Shown here: one piece after another, positions 20,227-29,486 of the stretch
Numbering within the stretch: the stretch's first letter is position 1
Layout of the letters: the number at the start of each line of letters is the position of its first letter
Source: an uncultured bacterium
GTDB lineage: Bacteria > T1Sed10-126
Assembly (NCBI GenBank): GCA_964631325.1
Contig: CAZVWJ010000001.1
Span: 31,075 to 95,074, forward strand
Length of the DNA: 64,000 bases
Reading direction: 5' to 3'
Program-made: the position numbers and the translations under genes
The notes under the pieces: generated by a model
Seen by the model: the letters and a program-made list of their open reading frames with translations, nothing else
The model's database searches: none
What the model was told of the DNA's origin: nothing

Positions 20227-20390
20227 TGACTTTAAGCCAACAATTTTCCTTGTCTTAGTACAGCCCCAAACAGATTTTGGTCAGTAATGCTGACTGACAT
20301 TTCATAGGTACTGAAGGAAAATTCCGATCCGCTCGGTGATTAGACAGAATTTAACCCTGTATACTAAAAAAATTAGAAACTACGATTTTT

Positions 20391-21008
20391 TTACCCGAAA
20401 AAATAGAGGATAACGAAAACCAGGAAGGCGACGGTGAGGACAATAAACGGGATATATTCTTCGTTAGATAATACAAATTTTATTTCCGACAGATTGAATT
20501 TCATTCTCTTTATTCGAAGCAAGAACCCGCTTAACGGCTCCGCAAAAATTATCAGTCCCCCACCAAATAGCAACCGAAGCCCCGGACCGAGTAAATGATA
20601 AAAATTTTGTTCAAACAGACGTTTCGAGTATAAACTCCACCGGAAGCTGGCTTCAATGTAACCACAGACTCCAAGGACAAAAAATGAAATCCCCAAAAAT
20701 AGAAGAACAAGATAGATAAGATCCTTAATTTCATTTTTTTGACCAAACTTCAATTCTCGTTCCCCCCTGGTAAGCCATTCGGCCAGCGGATCCGCGTAGA
20801 AAAGAAGTAACGCGGGCAATAATATCTGCCAAACAAAAATGAAACCATAGATAATAGGCGAATAAACCGACAACTCGCGCGAACTATTCATAAATACCGC
20901 CACTGAAGTCGGAAACCAACCTAAAAATTTCACCAGAAAATAGACGGCAATTAATTTACAGCCTGTGGAAAATAAAACTGTTTCGTTAAGCGAAGTATCA
21001 TTGTCCAA
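20391..21008 (-). CDS. Hypothetical integral membrane protein
   Basis: About five hydrophobic helices; GAGGAGG RBS before TTG. Confidence 0.7.
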   Translation of the reverse strand: MDNDTSLNETVLFSTGCKLIAVYFLVKFLGWFPTSVAVFMNSSRELSVYSPIIYGFIFVWQILLPALLLFYADPLAEWLTRGERELKFGQKNEIKDLIYLVLLFLGISFFVLGVCGYIEASFRWSLYSKRLFEQNFYHLLGPGLRLLFGGGLIIFAEPLSGFLLRIKRMKFNLSEIKFVLSNEEYIPFIVLTVAFLVFVILYFFG

Positions 21009-21077
21009 TTTTGTTTCCTCCTCTACGTAAGATAAGGAAATTTAATATTTTTCAACCGCCACTTTTTCTGGTTATAT

Positions 21078-22973
21078 TCAAGGCAGAGTAAGATCAAATT
21101 TATTCAGCCAGAGCTTGAGGACCGTTAGCGCCCACAAGAGCGGGGCCGCGTCTATTTTTGACTGGTTGTGCAGGTTGTGGAGTTTTTCCACCTGTGAACG
21201 GTCGAAGAGCGCTTCAAAACCAGCCTGGGGAGAAAGCAGGACGTCGCGCAGGTAAGCGGACTCCTCCCCTTCCCGGAACCAGGTGGCCAGGGGGACACCG
21301 AAGCCCATCTTACCGCGGTTGGCAATTGGGTCGGGTAGAAGGTCTTTGAAAGCGTCCCGCAAGCAGACCTTCTGATTGCTTCCCCGGATTTTCTGATCAG
21401 CCGAAATAGCCAGGGCAAGTTCAATTACGTCGCGGTCGAGAAACGGACAGCGGCACTCAAGGGAATTCATCATTGTCGTAATATCCGTCTTGACGAGTAA
21501 ATCACCGGGGAGGTAACTGAGCAGATCAGCGAGCATCATCTTCTCCGCTTGTTCACCGGCGGGGGCCAGCCGCGATAACTCCCGGGCCAGCGGTCCGGAT
21601 TTCTCGGCGCTCCGAAAGAGTCCGGCAAATTCACCGGTTACCAGCTCCGAAAGCCAGGTTTCGGAGCCCAGCCCTACCATGGAGAGGTATCTATGCCGCT
21701 CATCTTCAGCAAACTGCTGTAGTAAACGAATTACCTCGCCGATTTTTGAGCGGCGATCAGCCGGCAGACCAAAACGCCGGGCCAGGGACTGGACAAATTC
21801 CCGCAGCCAGCCGGGGGCATAACTGTCAAGAGTTGAAAACAACTGCATTGCCCGGTAGCGACGATAGCCGCCAAAAAGTTCGTCGCCGCCATCGCCGGAA
21901 AGAGCGACCTTGACTACCTGGCGGGTCTGCTGAGCAACATAATAAGTGGGGACGGCCGAGGAATCGGCAAATGGTTCGCCAAAATGCCGGACTAATTGTG
22001 GCAGGAGGGAAGATAGGTCCATGTCGACGGTGTATTCGTGGTGGTCGGTGCCGTTAAATTGAGCAACCTGGCGGGCGTAGTCTCGCTCGTCAAACCGGTC
22101 CGCCTCAAAACCGACAGAGACAGTCTTTACCGGGTCGGAGCTCAGGGACTGCATCAGCCCGACAATAATCGAGGAATCTATTCCCCCACTGAGAAAAGCG
22201 CCCAGCGGCACGTCACTGATCATCCGGCGCTCAACCGCTGTGCTCAGCCGCTCCCTGATAAGCCCCGGGGAAGCGTCGGCTTGCTTTTCAGAATTGAAGT
22301 AAACATCAGCCGGGCTCCAGTAACTGTTTAATTCTATTTCACCGCCGGTGCCGGCCACCAGGTAGTTGCCGGGTTGTAATTTATAAATATCCTGGACCGC
22401 AGATTGGGGCGCATTGATATACCCGAGGCGCAAGTAACCGGCCAGAGCCGGTAAATTCAGCCGGTTCTTTACTTCACTCCGTTTCAGCAAAATCTGCAGT
22501 TCGGAAGCGGCAATTAGGGTCTCGTCTTCCCGGTAATAAAAAAGCGGTTTTTGACCGAGATGGTCGCGGGCAAGAACAAGCTGTTCCCCCGGTTCATCCC
22601 AGATAGCCAGGGCAAACATTCCCCGGGCCCGGTCAAAAACCTCCGGGCCCCAGCAGCGGTAACCCTGGAGAAAAACTTCAGTGTCCGAATCAGTCGTAAA
22701 ATCATAACCGGCCTCTTTCAACTGCCTCCGCAGGGACCGGTAATTGTACAATTCCCCGTTATAGACAATACTACTGCCGCCGCGCACAATCGGTTGGTGC
22801 CCCTGCTCCAGGTCAATAATGGACAACCGCCGGTGGGCAAAACCAATTCGGCCGCTGGAATGAAACCACTCGCCGGAATCATCCGGTCCCCGGTGGCTGA
22901 GACCGGCGGCACTTTCCGCCAGGTCTTCCGGGACGGATTGATCCCCACTCAGCCAGGTAACAAACCCGCACAC
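21078..22973 (-). CDS. asnB: Asparagine synthase (glutamine-hydrolysing) family amidotransferase
   Basis: N-terminal MCG, HRGPD, HRRLSIID, NGELYN, LSGGIDSS, SGDGGDELFGGY. Confidence 0.93.
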   Translation of the reverse strand: MCGFVTWLSGDQSVPEDLAESAAGLSHRGPDDSGEWFHSSGRIGFAHRRLSIIDLEQGHQPIVRGGSSIVYNGELYNYRSLRRQLKEAGYDFTTDSDTEVFLQGYRCWGPEVFDRARGMFALAIWDEPGEQLVLARDHLGQKPLFYYREDETLIAASELQILLKRSEVKNRLNLPALAGYLRLGYINAPQSAVQDIYKLQPGNYLVAGTGGEIELNSYWSPADVYFNSEKQADASPGLIRERLSTAVERRMISDVPLGAFLSGGIDSSIIVGLMQSLSSDPVKTVSVGFEADRFDERDYARQVAQFNGTDHHEYTVDMDLSSLLPQLVRHFGEPFADSSAVPTYYVAQQTRQVVKVALSGDGGDELFGGYRRYRAMQLFSTLDSYAPGWLREFVQSLARRFGLPADRRSKIGEVIRLLQQFAEDERHRYLSMVGLGSETWLSELVTGEFAGLFRSAEKSGPLARELSRLAPAGEQAEKMMLADLLSYLPGDLLVKTDITTMMNSLECRCPFLDRDVIELALAISADQKIRGSNQKVCLRDAFKDLLPDPIANRGKMGFGVPLATWFREGEESAYLRDVLLSPQAGFEALFDRSQVEKLHNLHNQSKIDAAPLLWALTVLKLWLNKFDLTLP

Positions 22974-23003
22974 AGCTAAAACCTCCTGAACAATAATTTA
23001 AAC

Positions 23004-23260
23004 GGCTCTGTAGAGACCCTTAATGAAACTGGGACTTAAATCCCTTGCAAGACTCATTCTCCCCCCCGCAGTCAATTGGGCATCACCAGTGGGAACTATA
23101 AGATATATTCTATGGCCCCCGATTGACTGCGGGGCTCCGAGGTATCGAAATATATAACCAGCCCCTCCAGGGGCCATATATTTCGATAAATCCGTCTTCG
23201 AAGGGTTCAAGCCCCAGTTTCTGTTAGAAAGAGACAATTAAAAGGGTTTTCTACAAAACC
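23004..23260. mobile_element. MITE-like element, 257 bp, with imperfect TIRs
   Basis: Left end GGCTCTGTAGAGACCC and right end (revcomp) GGTTTTGTAGAAAACCC; inner IR GAAACTGGG(A/G)CTT(A/G)AA; flanks ATTTAAAC/ATTCAAAC (7/8 match, TSD-like); second copy at 3868. Confidence 0.7.
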
Positions 23261-23375
23261 ATTCAAACTAATTAATGAAGAGATAAATTTTGCCATAAAC
23301 AGAGGAAAAAGCGAAACTTTTCCCCGGTTGATATTTTACAGCAAGGAAAAACATCCGACCAGAATAAGATCTTTA

Positions 23376-23417
23376 AACAATTGAACCATTGAAAAATTGT
23401 CCAATGGTTCAATTGTT
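23376..23417. repeat. Perfect 16-bp inverted repeat
   Basis: AACAATTGAACCATTG - 10 nt - CAATGGTTCAATTGTT. Confidence 0.85.
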
Positions 23418-23635
23418 GGTTGAGCCTGTGGTTCGAGGATATTAGAGAGATATTAAAGTCCCTTGGGAACAGCGCCAAAAATATTAAGACCCCTTGGGAA
23501 TAGCTTAAACATGATATAATTTTATGTGTGGTTACGAAAAATTTGGCGTCGTTCAAATCAAGGTTACAGTTTAAAACGGCATTTAATTATCAAAATCGTT
23601 TATACTGGATAGATAGAGGCCACCGAAAAGGGATA

Positions 23636-23785
23636 AAATTTCCTCCCCCTCGATGGGGGCGGGGTACCCAACCAGAGGTTGGGTCGAGGTGGGGGTGAAA
23701 TGGATATATAGAGGCCCTACAGCACCTTTCAGGTTTTATATCCCCCTCACCCTAACCCTCTCCCACCAGGGGAGAGGGGACTTTT
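23636..23785. repeat. REP-like paired-hairpin repeat
   Basis: CCTCCCCCTCGATGGGGG ... GGTGGGGGTG ... CCCTCACCCTAACCCTCTCCCACCAGGGGAGAGGGG. Confidence 0.8.
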
Positions 23786-23887
23786 CGGATAAGCTCTTCA
23801 CGATATTTTAACTGTTACCTTAAATCTGGAAAAATTGAACGACGCGAAAAATTTTTAAATTAAAGTAGTTAAATTGAGGTGTTAAAA

Positions 23888-24727
23888 ATGGAAGAAATTT
23901 TGGAGAAGCTGGAAGAGATAGAACGAGCCCCGTTCGGACTCGCCTTCAATCCCGTGGAGACGATTAAAGAGGGACTTTTTCACACGGAGGAGGAAGTCCG
24001 GCAGTACGCGCTCCAGCTGGCCGGGGCCTTTGGTTCACCGGAATTTATCAAACCGTTGTTTCACCTGACGGCGGAAGCACAACGGTTGGAAACGCGACTG
24101 GAAGCTCTGAAAGTTCTCGGGGATTTTTTGCACGAAGGTAGAATCTCAGATTATCACCGCGTGGATGAGCAACAGGCAGATCCCCAGCACAAACCGGAGA
24201 CAAAAAGGCTGTCACGCAGTCAATTTCAGGCAATTCGGGATTTTCTGGGACGAGCCGTAAGAGAGCAAGCCTGGCCGGCGATGCTCCGGGCAAAAGCGCT
24301 GGAATATTTTGCCGCAGTGGAAACGAAAAAAGCAAAGCGGACGATTGAAAAATTTTACAACAGTGGAGACAGCGCTCTGGCCGAAGGAGCCCTAAAGGCA
24401 ATATCACGTGTGCATGGCGGTAAATGGAGAAACATAATAATGCAAGAAATAACTGCCCGGCACAACCAACAAAGACGACAGGCAGCGGTTGAAGCAGCGG
24501 GAGCCCAGGGAATAAAAGAAGCAGGCCCTGAACTCTTAAATATCCTGAAAAGTTCAGACAACGAAAAACTGCGGCTGGCAGCCATCGAAGCTTTGAGCAT
24601 GCTCAATTGGTCCGAAGCTCCACATCATCTGGAAAAATTCCGCGAAGATAAAAACCCCGAAGTCAGACAGATCGCCAAAAAAGGTATGCTCCGCCAGGCC
24701 TCCGCGCATGAGAAAAACCGCTTCTGA
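23888..24727 (+). CDS. HEAT-repeat protein
   Basis: Repeated EVRQYAL, RLAAIEAL, EVRQIA helical motifs; GAGGTG RBS before ATG 23888. Confidence 0.8.
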   Translation: MEEILEKLEEIERAPFGLAFNPVETIKEGLFHTEEEVRQYALQLAGAFGSPEFIKPLFHLTAEAQRLETRLEALKVLGDFLHEGRISDYHRVDEQQADPQHKPETKRLSRSQFQAIRDFLGRAVREQAWPAMLRAKALEYFAAVETKKAKRTIEKFYNSGDSALAEGALKAISRVHGGKWRNIIMQEITARHNQQRRQAAVEAAGAQGIKEAGPELLNILKSSDNEKLRLAAIEALSMLNWSEAPHHLEKFREDKNPEVRQIAKKGMLRQASAHEKNRF

Positions 24728-24741
24728 ATCAATAGCCGGGG

Positions 24742-25413
24742 CTACTCCGCTAAAATTAATTCGCCGGCTTTGCGGCCGGAAAGTAGACAACCGTTAACCA
24801 GGGAGAGGTCTTCTGTCCCCGAAGTATCCACCAGCGCCTGATAACCGGCCTGGACCCAGCCAGCTTCTCTTCGTTCAGTATTTAAAACCATAGATTCCGG
24901 CGAGCTTTCCCCCTCTTCACTGAAACGGACACTTTCTGTATAAGCTGTCGTAACAATTAAATCCTCGCCAGAATAAATTAGCGGCTGATTATTAAACAAC
25001 AAATCAATCTCAAAAACTCTATTTTTACTACGGAATTTTTCAAGGTTGACCCCGGGCAACAGCTCACCGCCAGCAGAAAAATATTGATTAACGAGGAAAG
25101 AAATCAGCTCTGTCCGCTGAATCCAGTAAGGAGCGGTAAGTTCAGGGACAAATTCAAGTTCAGCTAATAGCTCGACAGCCGGGTTAACTACCGGAACCGG
25201 TCCCTGCTGCCAGAGAAACCGTCCTCCCACCTGCGCGGCCTCATTAACAACAAGGGTATTCACATTTTCTTCTTGAAGAAACAGACCGGCTGTCAAAGCA
25301 GTAATCCCTCCGCCAACAATAAAAACTTCCGCCTTCCCGCATTCTTTCAGCCACTCCTCTTGTTCACGTCTGAAAGACTTATTTAATTCCTCAGAATCAG
25401 GCAAAGAAAACAT
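24742..25413 (-). CDS. Degenerate Thi4-like (thiazole synthase family) FAD/NAD-binding protein
   Basis: EVFIVGGG..LTAG..L, VGGRFLW, C-terminal GCLLSGRKAGELIL. Confidence 0.55.
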   Translation of the reverse strand: MFSLPDSEELNKSFRREQEEWLKECGKAEVFIVGGGITALTAGLFLQEENVNTLVVNEAAQVGGRFLWQQGPVPVVNPAVELLAELEFVPELTAPYWIQRTELISFLVNQYFSAGGELLPGVNLEKFRSKNRVFEIDLLFNNQPLIYSGEDLIVTTAYTESVRFSEEGESSPESMVLNTERREAGWVQAGYQALVDTSGTEDLSLVNGCLLSGRKAGELILAE

Positions 25414-25494
25414 AACTTTCTCCTGTTAAAATTTTCAGTCTCGGTAAAAAAATTGTTTAAAACAGATGAAACCAGTAAATAGACCTTCTCCAAA

Positions 25495-25652
25495 AAGTCC
25501 CCTCTTCGCTGGCGGGAGAGGACATGGACAGGGCTTGTGACGCGTATGCGTTATTGGGGGTGAAGGGGATAAAACAGATTGGGCATCGTAATCCCTCTAT
25601 GACACCATTTCACCCCCACCTTAATCCTCCCCCATCAAGGGGGAGGAGATTT
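25495..25652. repeat. REP-like modular repeat
   Basis: CCTCTTCGCTGGCGGGAGAGG, CATGGACAGGGCTTGTGACGCGTATGCGTTAT, CACCCCCACCTTAATCCTCCCCCATCAAGGGGGAGG. Confidence 0.8.
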
Positions 25653-25692
25653 TAGATCCTTTTCGGATCGGGTTTAAATAGTGTAGCCAGAA

Positions 25693-26502
25693 TCAGGGAG
25701 AAGAACAACATACAAGTTCAAAGTAATCGTGAACAAAACGTATATAGCTGGCGGAGGTGCCAGTATCATAGACTTGTCCGGTAAGAGGAACCCCCAGAGC
25801 CGGCTGGCTAGCAATCAGGCGGCGGAATATAGGAACATCGTCCAGTTCGCCGGTTTGAGAGTCCGGGCTCATTTCAGCGGCGATTTCGAAAAAATTTCCC
25901 GGTAATAAAGAGCGAGCAACCGTGCGCCAGCAGGGCCATTCAGAAGCCGCATTAACAAATCGTCCTTCACCTTTTTCCTGCAGTTCGGTTATTTCTACGG
26001 GAGCCTCAATCGAAGGAGACGCCGGAAAATTTCCCTGAAACCGACCGGAATTACCGAAATACCGCGCTTCTTCTCGGGAAACCCGATAAATACCAAAAAC
26101 CAGTCTCTCCGATTCATTCAGATCAAGCAAGCTACCAATTCCCGACCCATTTAAAATAATATTATCGGGAATTATCAGAGCACAGCAGGGAGGCCGGTTC
26201 AACTGTTTGTACCCACGATAAAGAGCGTCGGCCAATCCACGGGGAACCGGTTGTTCGCGCCAGATTATCTCCGCATCAACCTCAATCTGCTGCAGATAAG
26301 CACGAAGTTCATGGTCCTCGGGGGACCCAATAACAACCAGGGGGTCACAGCCGGCAGCAGCCGCTTCTTTCAAGGAAAAATCTATTATAGGGGCATTACC
26401 CACCGGAAGCATCGGTTTGGACAAATAGCGGGTTACGGGGCGCAGCCGGGTCCCCCGGCCAGCGGCCGGAATAAGGGCCGGGACCGTTGACGTAGCGGAC
26501 AT
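25693..26502 (-). CDS. Sugar-phosphate nucleotidyltransferase (GalU/RmlA-like)
   Basis: IPAAGRGTRLRPVT..KPMLPV, QPVPRGLADA, YDTGT. Confidence 0.85.
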   Translation of the reverse strand: MSATSTVPALIPAAGRGTRLRPVTRYLSKPMLPVGNAPIIDFSLKEAAAAGCDPLVVIGSPEDHELRAYLQQIEVDAEIIWREQPVPRGLADALYRGYKQLNRPPCCALIIPDNIILNGSGIGSLLDLNESERLVFGIYRVSREEARYFGNSGRFQGNFPASPSIEAPVEITELQEKGEGRFVNAASEWPCWRTVARSLLPGNFFEIAAEMSPDSQTGELDDVPIFRRLIASQPALGVPLTGQVYDTGTSASYIRFVHDYFELVCCSSP

Positions 26503-26506
26503 ACAT

Positions 26507-27163
26507 TTATTCCTCGGTCGAGTTTTTACAACGCTGATCGATTTGGTGTTCGATTCTATCCAGTCTTTCCTGGAGAGTATGAACCGCGTCGATCACAGGA
26601 TCAGAAAGATCCGTGTGGTTAAGGGAAACCCGCTCAACTCGTTCTCCTTTCCGCCGGGCAATATGGCCCGGCACTCCGACCACGGTGGAATTTGCCGGCA
26701 CAGACTGGATCACCACTGAACCGGAACCAACGCGTGTATTTTTACCAATTTTAATATCCCCCAGAATTTTAGCTCCGGCGCCAACAACCACTCCTGATTC
26801 AAGGGACGGGTGACGCTTGCCCCTTTCCTTACCAGTTCCACCCAGAGTTACTCCCTGGTAGAGAGTAACGTCATCAGCAATAATTGTAGTCTCTCCAATT
26901 ACTACTCCCATACCATGATCAATGAAAAACCCACGGCCAATTTCAGCACCGGGATGAATTTCTATCCCTGTACACCAACGAGAAATATGAGAAATAATTC
27001 TGGCAATTAATTTTAATCCCAGCTTTGAATGAAGGCAATGAGCAATTCGATGAGCAATAAGTGCGTGGAGGCCGGGATACGTCAAAAGCACTTCCAGCAG
27101 TGAACGCGCGGCAGGATCCCGTTCGAATACTGCCCTGACATCATCTTTTAACAAAGAAAACAT
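26507..27163 (-). CDS. cysE: Serine O-acetyltransferase
   Basis: RDPAARS..EV...[31 protein letters not shown]. Confidence 0.95.
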   Translation of the reverse strand: MFSLLKDDVRAVFERDPAARSLLEVLLTYPGLHALIAHRIAHCLHSKLGLKLIARIISHISRWCTGIEIHPGAEIGRGFFIDHGMGVVIGETTIIADDVTLYQGVTLGGTGKERGKRHPSLESGVVVGAGAKILGDIKIGKNTRVGSGSVVIQSVPANSTVVGVPGHIARRKGERVERVSLNHTDLSDPVIDAVHTLQERLDRIEHQIDQRCKNSTEE

Positions 27164-27191
27164 ACCTGAACACCTCCGGATAGTTAACTAT

Positions 27192-27320
27192 ATGAGTCCA
27201 CCCTAAAAAGGTCTTCAATCCAAATTGTAAATCCCTGAAGACCTTTAAAACCCGTTTTAACCCCCATCTATATAACACGTACGCGTCACAGACCTTCCCC
27301 CGTCAAGGGGGGAAAGTTTT
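27192..27320. repeat. REP-like modular repeat
   Basis: Homologous to 30784-30886; carries ATAACACGTACGCGTCACA and the TTCCCCCGTCAAGGGGGGAA hairpin. Confidence 0.75.
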
Positions 27321-27353
27321 TAAAAAGAAACTCTTATCTGATTTCAAGAAAGC

Positions 27354-28765
27354 TCAGATTAAACCGCGTTCTTCGGCAGTACCGGGAATAAGATTATCAA
27401 GCACCAGGGCGGAAACGGCTCCCACCGCCATCGGAGTGGAAAGAACTGCTCCAATAATATCCCAACATATTTTTGCTGTTTCTGTTTTCCCGAGCAAGCA
27501 GGGATTATTGTTATAGAAACCGGCAAAACTGACGCCGGATATTCCGCCCATCCACTTCCCCACTCCCAGCCCGATGAGAAAGGAAAATCCAACGATCATT
27601 ATATTACGCTGACTGGACATATCACAGCGCATAAGCACCTCAATCCCAATTGCTCCGATGACCCCAAACAGAGCAAGATATGCGCCGCCGATTACGGGAC
27701 TTGGTATAGAGGCGATCAACAATCCAATCGGGGTAAAAAAGCTCAAACCAATTAAGATAATTGCTCCGATCATAACAACGTAACGGGAGGCAACCCCGGA
27801 AATTTTTACCAGACCAATATTTTCAGTATAAGAGGTTGTCCCCACCCCGCCAATCAAGCCGTTAATAAAACAGCCAAGACCTTCAGAACCAATCCCATTG
27901 GAAATTTGTTCTTCGTCAGGAGCCGGTGCGCCGGCAGCATAGGCAACAGAATGGTAGTCACCAATTGACTCTACCATAGAAGCCAGAAAAGCGGCAAAAA
28001 GAGCAAAAATTGCTGAAAGAGAAAACCGGGGCCAGCCATAGGGAAATAGTTTAGGGAGAGTAAAATAATCGGGATTTTCAAAAGCCCCGGAAAAATTAAC
28101 GTAAATCGGGTGGCCCGGCGGAACTACGTTAAAAACAGAAAGCAAAAGACAGAGAAGATACACCAGAACCAGGGATAAAAGCACTGGAAATAGTTTCAAT
28201 TTAGATTTTGAGATAAGTGAAAAATAAAAGACCCCGGCCACAACCAGCAAAGAGATCGGCCAATACTTAGCGGCGTTATTATTAACCGCTACGTCAAACA
28301 GGCTAAAACCGATCAACATAATTGTAGGGCCGATAACCACCGGAGTGATAAACCGCTTAATTTTTCCAATTAAATTTGAAAAACCAACAAAAGCTTCAAT
28401 CAGTCCTCCCACTATCAACGCCCCCCAATAGTTTGCATAACTTCAGCGGGACTTCCTTCTCCCTGGCTAACCACTGAGCTGACCGCAAGAATGGGGGTAA
28501 TAAAAGCAAATGAAGAGCCCTGGACAATCGGTAGCCGGGAACCAATGTAGATTTGAAACAGTGTTGCAATTCCCATCCCCAGGTATATGTGGGAGACAAA
28601 GCGAGCAATTTCCATCATGTTACCACTGCCAAAGATACTGCGTCCCAACAAGAGCGGTACCAGAGTGGTTGCTCCAAACAGGGTCAACACGTGCTGAAGT
28701 CCCAGGGGAATTGCTTCTAATAAAGCGGGCTTATCGTCAATACCGTAAACTACACCTTCACTCAT
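27354..28765 (-). pseudogene. NCS2 xanthine/uracil permease, split by a 1-nt frameshift in a G6 run
   Basis: LGLQHVL, QGSSFAF upstream; ESIGD, TTSYTENIGL, RNIMIVG downstream; one extra G at 28421-26 gives IGGALIVGG. Confidence 0.85.
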
Positions 28766-28795
28766 AATTAGACCAACCTTTCCTATTTTCGATTG

Positions 28796-28997
28796 TAATT
28801 ACTCACCTATCCTCTCTCCTGGTGGGAGAGAGGTTGCCCTGCGCATAGACAGAGCATGTGGCGCGTACGTGCTATTAGAGAGAGGAGGACAACCCAGCTC
28901 TTACTGTGAGAAAGTTGGGTTGAAGGCATTTTTGAAGCCTTTTCACCCCCTTTTGTATTTTCCCCCGTCAAGGAGGAAAAGATCAGGTGAGTAGTTA
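28796..28997. repeat. TIR-bounded REP-like element
   Basis: TAATTACTCACCT ... AGGTGAGTAGTTA (12/13 IR); internal CCTCTCTCCTGGTGGGAGAGAGG, GCCCTGCGCATAGACAG, GCGCGTACGTG. Confidence 0.8.
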
Positions 28998-29013
28998 TTT
29001 TTGGTTAATATAT

Positions 29014-29454
29014 CTACTCTTCGGGTTTTTCCAACCTATCACGAAAATTTATTATAAAATTATTCAGCGCTCGGACAAGGTCCTTGTGGAAGTCATTTTT
29101 GCGGGTATAGACTAAATCCAGCTCATCGCGGTCCCGCATCTCAATTAATTCTTCTCGTATTCTAAATATAGGGCCGACAAGCCGGTGTGAAAACCTGATG
29201 GCCAGCAAAAATGCATAAATGACCACCACGGCCAGGCCCAGGCCGGTCAAGATAGCCATCTTATAAATTGAGTGTTCAAACATGAGCTGACTCGCTCTGG
29301 GATAAAGGGCATTTACCTGCTCAAGGACACTGAGGCAATACCAGACAAACCCTCCCATAACGAGCGCAGTCAATAAGATACACCCTAAAACCATACCCAG
29401 GATCCGTCCTTGAATTGACCAATCAACAACTAAACGACTTCTTCTATTCTCCAC
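29014..29454 (-). CDS. Small two-TM protein with a HAMP-like tail
   Basis: Two TM helices then SHRLVGPIFRI...RKND...LV.ALN. Confidence 0.6.
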   Translation of the reverse strand: MENRRSRLVVDWSIQGRILGMVLGCILLTALVMGGFVWYCLSVLEQVNALYPRASQLMFEHSIYKMAILTGLGLAVVVIYAFLLAIRFSHRLVGPIFRIREELIEMRDRDELDLVYTRKNDFHKDLVRALNNFIINFRDRLEKPEE

Positions 29455-29486
29455 GGCTGATCCCTCAGATTAAAAGATTAGTTTTA

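Noticed and set aside
23450-23504. 24-bp direct repeat as a mini CRISPR
   Set aside because: Only two units with a 7-bp spacer and no cas genes.
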